Below, in pieces: positions 63,918-64,000 of a DNA stretch of 64,000 nucleotides. The position numbers and the translations under genes were made by a program. This stretch comes from Haliotis rufescens. Taxonomy: Eukaryota. The number at the start of each line of letters is the position of its first letter. The stretch's first letter is position 1. Below the pieces are notes generated by a model that made no database searches, was not told the origin of the DNA, and saw nothing but the letters and a program-made list of their open reading frames with translations. The DNA lies in contig NW_025963913.1 of NCBI RefSeq assembly GCF_023055435.1, positions 4,898,001 to 4,962,000 of the forward strand, read 5' to 3'.

Positions 63918-64000
63918 GGTGATCGAAGGTCTAGGGTTCGATCCCTGGCCGCGTCATACCAAAAGGCGTAAATAGATGGTACTTGTTGTTACCCTGTCTG
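63918..64000 (+). mobile_element. Meta/MESC-like SINE, same site as 32792, runs off the window
   Basis: GGTTCGATCCCTGGCCGCGTCATACCAAAAG at the homologous position of the unit. Confidence 0.8.

Larger units (their letters stand above)
1..64000. repeat. Tandem array (macrosatellite/segmental tandem duplication) of a ~6.7-7.8 kb TE-mosaic unit, ~6 copies, open at both window ends
   Basis: The anchor CAGGGCTCGATTTA recurs at 6810, 13549, 20401, 28187 and 59260. Identical ORF sets recur at +6875 and +6744. Copy 5 is interrupted by the Gypsy element and resumes at 57162. Confidence 0.97.

Overview
Eukaryotic, AT-rich, repeat-saturated genomic DNA with spliceosomal introns. The SINE and MITE types suggest a mollusc, possibly an abalone-like gastropod (inference). 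No ordinary host gene was found. The backbone is a tandem array of a ~6.7-7.8 kb unit built from decayed transposon pieces. There are about six copies: three nearly identical ones up to ~21.7 kb, then older, diverged ones. A decayed Gypsy LTR retrotransposon (33532-57161, TSD GTATG, ~130-bp LTRs) is inserted in copy 5 and inflated to 23.6 kb by nested DNA transposons. The first is an apparently intact 8.1-kb Kolobok element (TTAA, 16-bp TIRs). It has an 11-exon THAP-DDE transposase and a convergent 3-exon KolX gene of the P2X7-ballast type, and it is preceded head-to-tail by a 333-bp copy of its own right end. The second is a dead ISL2EU/Harbinger-group element (THAP-DDE plus SWIM-YqaJ exonuclease) whose SWIM-finger exon has expanded into a 28-unit 68/74-bp minisatellite with higher-order structure. 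Smaller items are a U3-A8 minimal hammerhead ribozyme cassette in each young unit, two SINE-like families with pseudoknotted non-tRNA 5' ends, several MITEs and a Helentron-type HINE. Most short ORFs in the supplied track are spurious repeat translations. All gene models were built by eye.
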